From: Callorhinchus milii
Lineage: Eukaryota
DNA: 64,000 nucleotides
Assembly: GCF_018977255.1 (NCBI RefSeq)
Contig: NW_024704743.1
Coordinates: 33,110,001-33,174,000 of the forward strand
Direction: 5' to 3'
Made by a program: the position numbers and the translations under genes. How positions within the stretch are numbered: the first letter of the stretch is position 1; each line of letters starts with the position of its first letter. The notes under the pieces are model-generated. The model saw only the letters and a list, made by a program, of their open reading frames with translations, did not search any database and was not told the DNA's origin. Positions 51,905 through 64,000 of this stretch are shown here, piece after piece.

Positions 51905-52172
51905 CTACAGAATACATAGTTGACTGTATATTTTGTGGTCGAAACACGGCACTGCAGTGTCCCTCAAACAGTCGTGGATTGAGTGACCCAATTTTTTTTT
52001 AAAAAAGGGATTATTACTCTTGGAAAGAGATCTGCCAATCAACTAACAATTGGGTTCCTACTTGCTGGTAGAGGCATGGGAGTAAGGAAACTTGCTTAAG
52101 ATTTCACCTTGCCTGGGAATCGAATCCGGGTCCTCTCGCTTGCGAGGCGAGTTCTCTAACCATTACGCTGCA
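51905..52172 (-). mobile_element. tRNA-derived SINE, long subfamily, partial
   Basis: Reverse-complement family match including GGGAATCGAATCCGGG. Confidence 0.85.
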
Positions 52173-52509
52173 GAAGGATGTAGATGCATAGCTGTGAAGA
52201 CCATTGTTAGGCAGACAGATGGGGCACAATTCTTTTTATTTTAGCCCAGAGGCTAATTAATAGTGAGAACGGTTACCAGAAAAAGGAGTAGAAGTTGGGA
52301 TACTGGACTCATTATTACAAACCTGCTTGATGCTGTAAGGGCAATGGCAATCAAGTGGGATTGAAGCTCTGTGAGGGCTGAGATCAAATAAGACAACATT
52401 TATTTTAATCTAAAAGGACGAAAACCATTCTGTAAAGTAAGATTCAATTTAAGAATTTCCAAAATTCCCCATAATTCCAAAATTGATAATAATAATACTT
52501 GAATTTATT

Positions 52510-52878
52510 ATAATAATGATAATTCTTGCATTTGCTATAGTGCCTTATCATGTCATAAGGACGTCTCAAATTGCTTCACAGGATGTACTGTGAAACCGAG
52601 TGACTGTGTATTTGTAGGCCGTGTATTTGTGGGGGATTATTAGCCAGGATACCAGGAGAAACTCCCTTCTCTTTTCAAATAGTGCCATGTGATTTGTAAT
52701 GTCCACCTGAACACGGGACCTTGGTTTAATGTCGCATCTGAAGGACGGCACCTCCGATAGTGCAATGGCCCCCCCCACCAGCACTGCATTGGAGTGCAGA
52801 CTATATGATTTCAAGACCCAATGTGAGATTTGAACTTGCAACCTTCTGACTCAGAGACTACCACTGAGCCAAGATGAC
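52510..52878 (-). mobile_element. Older Deu-domain SINE
   Basis: Reverse complement of the head (AACCTTCTGACTCAGAG...ACTGAGCCA), Deu body and tail. Further copies lie at about 9915-10247, 13065-13262, 23920-24215, 32680-33005, 36004-36315, 44680-44935, 45390-45662, 51355-51655 and 58670-58990. Confidence 0.8.
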
Positions 52879-52980
52879 AATCTGTATATTGTTAATATGC
52901 AATACACATTTACATGTATATACTGTTTTCACATCAGGAGGATGTCCCAAAGTATTTAGCAATAAGCAGACAGTCTTATT

Positions 52981-53304
52981 ATAATAATAATAATCATCAT
53001 CATCCTTGCATTTGATTTGGCGCTTTTCACGTCTTCTAGATGTCTCGAAGCACCTCACAGAATAGATTATAAAGTGAATTGACTGTATATTTGAGGGCGA
53101 AATGCAGCAGCCAATTGCGCACAGCAGTGTCCCACAAACAGTCATGGTTTGAAGTGACCAATTTATTATTGTTTAATTTTCTTGAGGGATTATTATCAGG
53201 CATCTGACTAAGGAAACTTGCCCAAGGTTTCACCCTGCTGGGAATTGAACCCAGGTCTCTCGCTTCAAAGCGAGTGCTCTGACCACTGAGCTACAGGACT
53301 CCAC
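52981..53304 (-). mobile_element. tRNA-derived SINE, short subfamily
   Basis: Reverse complement of the family consensus, ending ...GAGCTACAGGACTCCAC. Confidence 0.92.
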
Positions 53305-54161
53305 ATGCTTTATTTGGAAAGAAAAGATGAACATTTGTGTCACTTAAAAAATTACATTTGTACTTGGAGTGAACGCAGAGGAGTCCTTCTGGGTATTAAT
53401 TCAAGGTTTGCAATGTCTATAAGCCTGCAGGCTTTGAACCTTTCAAATCAAATAATGTACACAAGGGACATGGATGATTGTGAAGAGTAGTATACTGTAA
53501 CAGGATAAACCTATCTTTAAAAAATCCAGAACTATCTTAACTGTTATTGTCAAATTTTAATCTGCTCCCATGCACTTAAACTGTTTCTCCCCTAAGAAAT
53601 ACAATTCAGAATGTCAACTCTTGTGAATCATTGTAGTTAACACAACATGAGTTGAAAATTCACTAATAGTCACAATGTAAACATTCAGAAATGAGCTAAA
53701 ATTGAAATATGGCATGTCATTTGCATTATCAATTATGATGCCTAGTGCACATATCTGAATCTTGATAAACATAACAAAGTTGTAAATAAGCATTGTGCCT
53801 TTTGCCAGATCAAGTTTGTATTTATTCCGATTTCACTGAGCCACTTTCTCTTGAAGCATATCGATACATATCAGTAAATGTGAAATAATTCCCATTTTTG
53901 TTTTCCAGAGTCTACATCAAGTACTCTCAGAGAAGCTACGAATTAGAAGCTATTCTATTATACTCCAATAATCTATCTCATAAAAAACAATGGCACAAGA
54001 ATGCCATTTTCCATTACAAACAAACAACACTCCTAGATGAGAGCTAACTTTCTTCAATTAAACGTCAACAAGACGTTTAATTGATTCCTGATTTTCATTA
54101 TTCAGGTAGCTGCATATATATGTAAATCCTTTAAAGACATCTCTTTTATTTGCAATGTATA

Positions 54162-54425
54162 AGCCAACTCTTCCCTCCACAGGCTGCAGATCATCCAGAA
54201 CTCTGCAGCCTGTGTCCTCTCCCGCCCCAGGCTCCGTGACCCTATCAGCCCCATCCTCGCCTGACTCCACTGGCTTCCCATCAAAAAGAGGATACAAGAT
54301 CCTGGTACTCATCTTCAAAGCCCTCCATGGCCTTGCTCCCCCCCACCTCTGCAATCTCCTACCCGCCTACAATCCTGCCTGCACCCTCTGCTCAGCGGGC
54401 TCTGGCCTGCTTCATGTCCTCCGTC
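54162..54425 (+). mobile_element. L2 ORF2 fragment
   Basis: Close nucleotide match to 18205-18470 (CTGCAGATCATCCAGAACTCTGCAGCC). Confidence 0.88.
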
Positions 54426-54659
54426 TCTTGAGACCAAGAAGACCAAGAGACAGTCTTGAGGCTAAGAAGACCAAGAGGATTTTAACACTCATAGTATCAT
54501 CAATTATGTCATGAGATATTCTTTTTCTGAGGTTTGTATGGGGTTTTTCAAGGTACTTTACCCTGTTAATGTTTATTTAGGTGCAGTCCTGATAGTGTAG
54601 TGGATAGAACTACAGTTTGGAGAGCAGGAGCGTTCTGGTTTGAATCCTGGTCCGTGCTT

Positions 54660-54835
54660 AATTATATAAGAATAATAATAATTCTTGCATTTGATATAGC
54701 GCTTTTCACGTCTTCGAGATGTCTCAAAGTGCTTCACAGAATATACTGTAAAGTGAATTGACTGCATATTTGTGGGGGAAATGCGGCAGCCAAATTGCAC
54801 ACAGCAGTGTCCCACAAACAGTCGTGGATTGAAGT
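54660..54835 (-). mobile_element. SINE 3' half
   Basis: Reverse-complement family tail and body. Similar 3'-only pieces lie at 9290-9530, 31274-31384, 59745-59860, 62545-62722 and 63820-63945. Confidence 0.88.
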
Positions 54836-54904
54836 TCCTGGTGTAAGATGAGGGTATGTGTCTTATACTGTACTCTTATTTGTGTGTGTGTGTGTGTGTG
54901 TGTA

Positions 54905-55085
54905 TGTGAGCAGGGTGGGGCAGCTTGGTGGGGAGAGGTCAGGCTTGGCTGTGATGCACTCTAGAGTCAAGTGCCAGCTAACAGTCATTGCCAAGACTCA
55001 CTGCCAATAGGACAGCCAGTGCCTGTGGAACGTACCCAGCAAGAGGCTAGATAGGGAGCAGGGCAGCAGCTCTAGGGGAAAAAAT
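54905..55085 (+). mobile_element. Ancient SINE 3' fragment, possibly AmnSINE2-like
   Basis: GGTCAGGCTTGGCTGTGATGC...GTGCCTGTGGAACGTACCCAGCAAGAG resembles a recalled ancient vertebrate SINE. A probable related piece lies on the minus strand at about 9745-9830. The family name is not verified. Confidence 0.35.
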
Positions 55086-56143
55086 TAAAAATAATTGGAC
55101 ATATCAATTAAAATATGAATTTTTAAGTTTTCATCATATTCAGTTTTTCTTTTAGACATTATTTCTCAGTCATTGGTAACACTTAATGACCATTGAGTTC
55201 CCGTATGCAGCATTGTTTATTTTATGACATTAAAACAACCATTTGTTCTGACTGTTTTGGGCATAAATCACCTACAAATACACAGTCAATACACTTTACA
55301 GAAATTTCTGTGACGCCCTTTGGGGCATTTTGACATATTAGGGTGTTATATCAAAGATGAGACCATCCCAGTTGTTGTTTCATTCTGTAGTCATATGAAT
55401 CTTAAAATTTAAGATTATTGCCTTCTCTTGATGTGTACGGTTCCACAGGCACTGGTTGACCGATTGATATTCAGAACAATATATTGGGAACATCGCTGCG
55501 TGTAAATTGGCTGCCACATTTGCCTACGACATATCCAGTCACTACACTTTACAGTGAAATCTACAGGACAACCTTCTGCCTCTATGGCAAGAGTGCTACC
55601 AACTGATCAATAACAGCATGAATCAAAACCCACAAACATGACATGTTTAATCTGAATACATACGTCATTTGCAGAGAGAAATATTGGAGCTTTTCATTGA
55701 ATCAGATTAAAAAATGTGAAAATAAAATAATCCACCACTAGGGGGAACCACAGTACCAAATGGAACAATTCTGCCCGAAGACTGACATTTGCATTTGTAC
55801 AATTTTCCATGTTTTCAGTGTATCGTTTAGGATTGTGACCTGAAAGCAAGGATGGACAAAATGCGTAGTATTAAAATAATCTTTTGAATAACTCACAAGA
55901 AGCAAAAATATAAAGCGAAGGAAAACAGCTGCAGGACATAAAATTAAGTCAAAGCACAAAGTGCTGTTTTGTTTTCATAAAATCAAGTCAGTGGCTTGGT
56001 ATAACATTGAAATGATGCAATTTCATATTGATATTGTTTCTATTATGATGAGTTAATTATTTCACTTTAAACACAAGGAATTTTTAATGTGCAAATTGTG
56101 TTTTTTATAAAGAAGCATCAATAAGTTGACAGATTTATACGTC

Positions 56144-56711
56144 TCTTGGCCAACTAGAGACTATTCTCCTTGGGGAGAAGGTAAGTGGGTCTCCTTGGAG
56201 CTGAACTGGCTCCAAGGTGACATGTTTGGCAACAGCATGTCAGAATTGACCCAATCATCTGTGGTGGTCTCGGTCGCCCAGTTCCTGAACCAGGCACGGC
56301 TGCAGTACTGCTGATGACAGCACAGTCAGTCTGGCTCACTGGCAGGACATGGAAGGGCAGACCAGTGACTAGGGATAGGGAGTCACTCAGCTCCCATTAA
56401 CCTTGCAAGCCAAAGCCCTAACAGATAAGGTGGTCCTAGCTGGACAAGCAAGAGGAAACCTTGCTAAACAGTGTTTCAATGGCAAGCTGTGTGGTTTTAG
56501 ATGGTTAGACTCCAACACACACTCTGGGGTCCCCAAGTCTTGGTTCTTGACAACCAGCACCTAATACTTTCCAGAATTGGTTAAGAGCGCATTCTATTCA
56601 AATAAATCTTTCTGGAAATTTCATTGGATGCATGGAATTCTCAATTTTGTTTGGATACTTTTAAGCATGGTGATTGGTTTCTGCGTGTGTATGATACCCG
56701 ACTGACCAAGA
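56144..56711 (-). mobile_element. Unclassified ~570-bp interspersed repeat, most complete copy
   Basis: Its reverse complement aligns by eye along its length with 48172-48712 and in part with four other loci. Confidence 0.8.
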
Positions 56712-58034
56712 TAACTGTGTGTAATATTCTCACCAGCAACTGACATGCTCATTTGTATGTAGAGCTTCATCTGAGGACATTTATACTTAGTTTTTTTAGA
56801 TTTAAAATATTATAATTGGTTACTTTAAGCAGGTTTTTACAATAACCGGTCCATCAATTCTCTTCAGTTCGGAAATGGAGTTTGGAATCAAACTGCTCCT
56901 GAAATGTAACTTACTCTTCACTTTTGGCAATAATATGTCATGAAAATTGGATTGAATTAATCTGAAATGCTCAATATGAAATATTACACAAGAACCTCAA
57001 GCATTCAAGCTGTTATTTGAATCACTTACGCTTTGATTCTATGTTTAGCCTTGTAGTTGACACAGTTAAGCAGAAGCCTCACATGCCACAAATTACAGGA
57101 CAAAATGATCAGTTTCCACTGACATTGTCTCTTTTGATTCCTCCAATTGCTGTCAAATACCTTATAGGTATTTCCGACAGGTTTCAAAAAATATTCATGA
57201 ATATCAAATCCTGTAGATAACTGAACACGTTGCATAACACCACGGGAACTCAAGTCTTCACCTGTGGAGCACTTTGAGATGTGTCTATGACATGATAAGG
57301 GGCTATATCAAATGCAAGGATTATTATTGACTCTATTTCCTTCTACATCACACAGGTGGGGATGCTGTGCATCTCATTATCCACAAAGTTCAGTTACATT
57401 TCTAATTTCACATATTCAAACATCCTGTCTTGACTCTTTTACCAATCTGAGAGGTTTAGTAGCAATCTTTTGAAAGACATGGTCACACTTAATAATTATG
57501 ATTTCCTTTTCGCTCTCATTTGCACACAACATGTTTCAATATATTTTAATAACAGAATCTTCCTATACAAAACATTCAAGGACATTGAAGTATGGTTTGA
57601 AAGAGGCAAAACCAAATCAAGGTTACCTAAGTACAATTTGGATAATTTTGGAAACACTGATTTTGATTTTTCAGGCATTTCTGGTGTTATAAAGCCTGAC
57701 TGGCTACACAGGCAACATTCGTTATATATTTTTAAAAATCCTTACCGACATGAGGAATCAATTCCTGGGTAGATCTCATTAAAACCAGTTAAATTCATAG
57801 AATCATAGAAAGTTTACAGCACAGAAGGAGACCATTTGGCTCATCATTTTTGAGCTCCCCCACTGGAGTACTTCCATTCCCCTGCCCATTCCCGAAAATA
57901 TATGTTATGTTAAATCATGGTCCTGTGTGCCTCTGTGGGGCATTGGTGTGCACAAAATTGGCTGCCGCATTCATCCACAAACACACAGCCTCACCACTTT
58001 ACAACAAATGTAAGGATTATTATTCAGGTTTTAC

Positions 58035-58371
58035 TAATAATAATCCTTGCATTTGATATAGAGCCTTATAATGTCTTTGAGACGTCTCAAAGCATTTCAC
58101 AGAATATACTCTAAAGTGAATTGATTGTATATTTCGTTGGCGAAACACAGCAACCAATTTTGTACAGCAGTGCACCACAAACAGTGTAGATTGAGTGACC
58201 AAATAATCATAAGTTTTTTTTAAGGAATAATTACCTCCAGAAAAGTGATCTGCCAATCGACTACTAACTGCTGGGTAAACAGAGGTGTGTGGAGTACGGA
58301 AACTTGCCCAACGTTTCGCCCTGCCCAGGAATCGAACCCAGGTCCTCTCGCTTGCGAGGCAAGTGCTCTAA
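58035..58371 (-). mobile_element. tRNA-derived SINE, long subfamily
   Basis: Reverse-complement family match. Confidence 0.9.
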
Positions 58372-61269
58372 GGTACCTTTTTAAAAAGGCTATTGCAGAT
58401 TTGGTTTCAACAGCCATTTGTGGCAAAGCACTGCACATTTCAACAAACATTTGTGGAAAGATCTTCTAACTGTTCTCTTTTCTGGTGATAATTTTCAATT
58501 TCCTTTTCAGATTCCCCATTCACTCTCTGTATCTACCCTTTCAAAAACATGCATAATTGTGGAGCATTGCTGGAAATATTATTAAGAGTGGGGAAAACTG
58601 GGGAACTGTAGGAAGAGTTCACTTATCTTTTGAAAACTATAATAATGATTTATGAAGAACCTTATCACGTGTATTTGCAGGCAAACTCAGCAGCCAAATT
58701 GAGCATAGCAATTTCCTACAAACAGCCATGAAGTGAATGATCAATGTTTGCCTCCAAAATACAAAGTCACTACACTCTACAGCAAATTCTGTGGAGGGCT
58801 TTCAAATGTTTTGACAACACAATAAGGAACTATATCAAACATTATTACTATTATTGGACAAGAAACCAGGAGAAACTCTTCTCTTTTCGAATAGTGTCAT
58901 GGGATCTTTACCACCTGAACAGGCAGGCGAGGCTTAGACTTAACGTCTCATCAAAAGGATAACACACCTTACAATGCAAGATCTACCCTATAATGAGCTT
59001 CAATCCAACCACACTATCTTCTGGGGTAGTTCATTCAATGATAATAAACCAATATACAGATATTTAGGTTCACAAGTGGAGTGTAAATGGAGAGGCTTGG
59101 CAGCACAGAGAGTGGGTATTCAATTAATATATCTGGTTTTCAGAGAGACAAAATATATCAACCAGGTAACGTCCTGTAATTTAAGAAAGAAACTGAAAAG
59201 AATTTGTAACCTGAGCAGCTCAGATTTTTGGAATGCTTAACAAGGTTGAAAGGGTTCAGAACTGGGGAATGCAGTGTTTTGGGAAGCCAGTTCAGGGAAT
59301 TTGATTTGCGATAACTGTGGTGCCTCTCCAGTCATACTACAACTAAAACAAAATCCACTTGCGAACTTAATTGTTGAATGGCTCACCTAATAATGTTAAA
59401 AAAAATCAACCAGCGTTCATCAGTGTTTAGTTGAGTTTTGCACAAGGGCTTTCTGATGTTATTTACATAAATACAATACATATCTACAATAGAATACATA
59501 TCTATATAAACACAAGAGGTTTTTGAAAGTTGCGTGGGTGGAACCACTTTCCTCGGACCACTGCTAGCTCCTAAATAATTTGGAGCACCCAGTACAATCA
59601 CTCTCTGCCATCTCCAAATCCACTGTGCTTATGGTCACCTTCTCCCTGCCCCCACCCACCCCGGCTCAGGTGTCAGGCTGTGCCACTTTTAAGTGCTTTG
59701 AGCTGTTGTTGTTACGCCAGTGCAGGAACCATATCAAATGAATGGTTATACAATCCACGACTGTTTGTGAGACACTGCTGTGCACAATTGGCTGCTGCGT
59801 TTCGCCCACAAATATACAGTCAATTCACTTTAGAGCATATTCTGTGAAGCGCTTTGACACCTATATAGTACAAGGAGTAATGTTTGCTCCTGAATGGAGA
59901 GAAGAAGGTTGGTATTTTTGGTATTTACATTGTTATGACTTGTCATTTGCTTGTTACACATTGTTTTTTTTAAAAAATTTAAAAATGACAAAATCTAAAC
60001 TCACAAAGGACTGGTAATACGTTAATATATATTTGTAGTCAGCCAGGTGCACGACACAGACAGAAAACCATCACCATGCTTAAGAGTATCCAAACCAGAC
60101 TGGGAGTTCTATATATGTATGTCACCTACACATGGACATTTTCTATTTGTCTGGTATGGAATACACACTCTTTCTCTCACCTAAACCTAGATGGTTTCAT
60201 TGCAGGTTGTCTGAAGCCCAGGCTTAAGGATCTCAAAATGTGCATTTGGGCTGAATCACTTGAAGTTAATCGGTGTCATTCCAAACACTATCTGAGAAGC
60301 TTCCTCCTACTTGTTCAACTAGGACCACCTTATCATTTAGGTTCTTGCTTGCCACATTAACAGGGGTCAAGTGGGTAAAATCTCTGCTTTCCTCTTTATA
60401 AAATAAAACATGATAATATTACCATGACATTTGCATACTGTATTAGTTTCTGGATAAACCAGGTTGAGAATGCATGGCACTTTGTTTAAGGAGATAAGGC
60501 CCCTTTAAGTTTGAAGCAGTTGCCACAGAAATACTGATCTGTCTGGGTTCTATTAATTATTTCCCTTTAAATCACGATAATTGTCTAGACTATGATTAGG
60601 AAGGAATGCTTGTTTAAACTAACATGAGTTTCTCAATTAATATCAAACGTTTAAAGAAAATCTAAAGTAGGTAATTATACAACCAAGCAGTCAGCAATTT
60701 TACAAAGTGTCTAACTGGCTTCAAACTGTGCTTGTTGTCAGTTCATGGTTCAGTCAATTGGATTAGTAGATTTCTGCTCCAGATTTACTTATTTTGCAGT
60801 TTCATGTGACTGGACAGACTATTTTAATCTAGATCATGAGCAAACTGCAGGAAAATATCATTTTGCACAATAGATTTGTTCATAAAATATTTAAATAGAT
60901 ACCTCACTTTAATATAATGCCACATGTATTAACCTGGTAGATCTGGACTGCTGAGGAAGTTAACGTAACTTTACATTATTTAAGCTTTATGGACTGCTAT
61001 AAGAATTTAAACATATCCATTCAAACACCGGCAAGCTGACTTAAGGCTGATCATACTCAGGCTTGTATAAGCAGGCTGCAGGGTATGTTCTCTTATGTTC
61101 TCCTAAATCATTCTCGGTCACAATAAATTTAATATAGCACCTTTCACATCAGGAGGGCATTTCAAAGTGCTTCACACTTTTACTGGGACCTCTCCTGTTC
61201 CTTGTATATATAAATGACACTATAAAGACTCTGATGATCGGTTACAACACAGCACTTTACTCCAACCAT

Positions 61270-61420
61270 GACCTAGAAAGTAAGAACGATACCAGGAATG
61301 AGGGGTTATAGATTTGAGGAGAGATGGAAAAGTTGGCATTAACTGTTTGCATTGGAGTAGAGAAGGTTGAGTGGGGACCTGATCGAGTTGTACAAAATTA
61401 TGAGGGCCTTTGACAGGGAG
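61270..61420 (+). mobile_element. CR1 ORF2 C-terminal fragment
   Basis: Encodes ...RRLSGDLIELYKIMRAFDRE, similar to 37560-37630. Confidence 0.75.
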
Positions 61421-61897
61421 GGAATGCCCTGCCAAGTAAGGTGGTGGAGACATTGTGGGACTCCTTTTTGTTGGTCAGCCAAGTGTCTGTCACATGTGGA
61501 AACCCATCACCATGCTTCAGAGTATCCAAACCAAACAGAATTCCATGCATCCCACCTACACGTGGAAATTCCTTGTATTGGAAAGGAATGACCACTCTCT
61601 CCCTGAAGGGACACATCCTGCTTTCTAATTTCCGAAAGTATTAGGAATAAGGAATATTACAGTTTAGTAAAATTCCAAAAATCTCTTCCATAATTGTACA
61701 TCAAGTAATTTGTCGCAGCTATAAATCCTTTTTCAAATTCTCTATAGCCTTGCTTTGTGGAAACTGGACTATCTTACTTTTTAATACCTGTCTCTCTCTT
61801 CCCACTGTAGAGGAAGAATGGATGACTGAGATGAAGCTGGTGAAATTAATGTCCAAATGAGATTAGAGTTACGTGGAGTTTGCTGAGTGGACCTAAA

Positions 61898-62270
61898 GAG
61901 TCCTGTAGCTCAGTGGTTAGACCACTAACCTTGCAAGCGAGAGACCTGGGTTCTATTCCCGGCCAGATGAAATGTTGGGCAAGTTTCCTTACTCCACAAA
62001 CCTCTGTTTACTTTGTAGTAAGTAGGAACCCAGTGGTTAGTCGATTGGTGGATCTCTTTTGCGGGGATGATAATACCCCCCAACAAATAATACGTTGGTC
62101 ACTCAATCCACATCCCTGTGGGGGACACTGCTGTGTGCAATTGCCTCCCGCATCTTGCCCACAAAATATACAGTCAATTCACTTTATAGTATACTCTGTG
62201 AAGTGCTTTCAGACGTCTAGAAGATGTGAAAAACGCTATATCAACTGCAAGGATTATTATTACTATTATT
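61898..62270 (+). mobile_element. tRNA-derived SINE, long subfamily, full length
   Basis: Head GAGTCCTGTAGCTCAGTGGTTAGA through the (TTA)n tail. Confidence 0.92.
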
Positions 62271-64000
62271 TGGCAGAGAGGTGGGATGGGGAACAGTTGA
62301 ACTAGATTTGGGTTTTTTTAGAATGGGGATTAGATACCAGAATGAGAAAAAGACAGGTACTTGAGGAGGAGATAGGAAAAAATATTACAGATTTTTAATG
62401 TGTTGGTTAGCCACATGTCTGACATGTGGAAACCCATCACCATGCATAAGATACCCTAATTCAGGAAAGCATTAGGTGCATGTGTGCAGGACCTCAGAGT
62501 GTGCGTTGGGCTACTGCTGGAGCTTAATCAGGCTAAGAAAAAAGGTCACTCAATCCTCAATTGTCTGTGGGACACTGCTGTGCGCAATTGGTTGCTGTGT
62601 TTTGCCCACAAAATATACAGTCAATTCAGTATATTTACAGTATATCCTGTGAAGTGCTTTGAGATGTCTCAAAGACGTGATAAGGCGAGATGTCAAATGC
62701 ATGAATTATTATTGTTATTATTACTAAAACACACAGGCAATCTTCATGCTGCTTGTCCAGCTTGGACCACCCCACATGTTGATGAGGAATTCTTAATACG
62801 TGAGAAAGTTGGAGGGAATGTGCATGAAAATATAGAGGAAGATCCTGCAGCCTTGGCTAATATTAGGTTTTCTTTTAAAATAAAGTGGTGTTTAGTGCAG
62901 GATTTAACTTTTTTTTAGGATTGGGTAATTTAAGACCTGAAGTGATGCGCCACCAAAGAAAAACCTGCTAGTGATATTCAGGTAAATTTAAAACCCATTT
63001 TCATTCCCTGCAGAATAAAAATATACCCATTGATCTTCTGTTAAAAAGCTATTGATATAAAGATAAACAAGATGATTTACATTCCAGTGTGCTGGTGGGT
63101 TAATGTTCAGGTTTGGATGTTCAGTTCTAGTTGATAAGTTTTGTTTTTCTTCTTGGTTTAGTTTGTCAAAAGGGCAGCTGAAACAGGTCCTAATCAGGGT
63201 TCAGACATTCTCCCCAACCCTGGGAATAGCAGGTGTTCTGGCCAACATTCCTCAAGATAAAATTAGTCATTCATTTCATGGCTATTTGTGGGACATTGCC
63301 ATGCATAAATTGCACAGTCAATTACCAGTCACTATGCTTTACAGTACATCCTGTGAAGCACTTTGAGACATTTGACCACGTGATAATGTTCTATATAATG
63401 TTCTATATTGAATGCAAAGATTATTATTATTCTTTGTGGGAGTGAAATAGTCATGAATGAAAGCATACAGAAAATATTCAGAATCCAGTGCATTCTGAGG
63501 TAGGGGCTTGCCACATTCAAGATTTCAAGGAACATTTAATGTTTTTTTCAAAAAACTTGCCCTAATTGTGTACAACAAATGATATAATCGAAATCTAGTT
63601 TACCTTCAGCCAGATATTGTCACATTTGTCTGTAGTCAGGACATACCTCTTCAAATGCCAAGCTGCTCCAGTGCTGTATATTATGGGGAAGATCCAAGTA
63701 CAGGTGTGGTTTTGTGATATTGTGATGTATGTCGATGTCAGTGAGGGCCAAGAAATTTTGAAGGTTTGCTTGCCTTATTTAGAAAATGATTTTCCTTTTT
63801 TCAGTGTACTGTCACTCCATAAGCGTTTCGCCTACAAAATATACATTAAATACACTTTACAATATATTCTATGAAGCACTTTGAGGTGTCTCAATGACGT
63901 CAAAAGGCGTTGTTTCAAATGCAAGGATTATTATTATTTTATTATAAGCAAATACAGTCAGGCAGATGCCCTTTAATTGGGCAACAGGGTATTTATTTGA

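Noticed and set aside
54428..54478. Short local duplications (AGACCAAGA x3; also GTCATAACCGTG near 35755, CTTTGCTTTGAAA near 33433, ATAATGTTCTAT near 63383)
   Set aside because: These look like ordinary slippage or repair duplications with no further structure.
56133..56186. Exon-like segment on the + strand (ag|ATTTATACG...GAAG|gtaagt)
   Set aside because: It overlaps the end of the unclassified repeat and gives no recognisable peptide or partner exons.
43489..64000. Divergent neighbour gene (CMAH or RIPOR2 expected from human synteny)
   Set aside because: No matching peptide was found in the ORF track or by eye. Short exons could have been missed.

Overview
Eukaryotic, AT-rich, repeat-dense vertebrate DNA. 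The SINE and LINE content points to a cartilaginous fish, probably a holocephalan such as Callorhinchus (inference). The only host coding sequence I can support is the first two exons of CARMIL1/LRRC16A on the minus strand (41802-41841 and 40994-41091; [46 protein letters not shown]). About 41 kb of intron 2 lies to the left. To the right are a microsatellite-rich promoter with ETS- and BANP-like motifs (about 41.9-43.5 kb) and about 20 kb of upstream DNA. Most of the window is retroposon debris: about 20 copies of a young tRNA(Ala)-headed SINE, older Deu-type SINEs, 5'-truncated L2 and CR1 LINE fragments, and several nested insertions. The best leads are (i) a SINE/L2 pair sharing a 36-nt 3' stem-loop that differs by exactly one compensatory base pair, (ii) a hybrid tRNA + CORE-like + Deu-like + L2-tail SINE architecture with long and short subfamilies, (iii) an unclassified ~570-bp repeat family with six copies, (iv) a ~420-bp degenerate palindrome in intron 2, and (v) a CR1 copy with a 6-bp TSD and a microhomology-bounded internal RT deletion. 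I found no CRISPR array, rRNA, true tRNA gene or novel multi-gene system. Family names come from recalled consensus sequences, not database searches, and most repeat boundaries are approximate.
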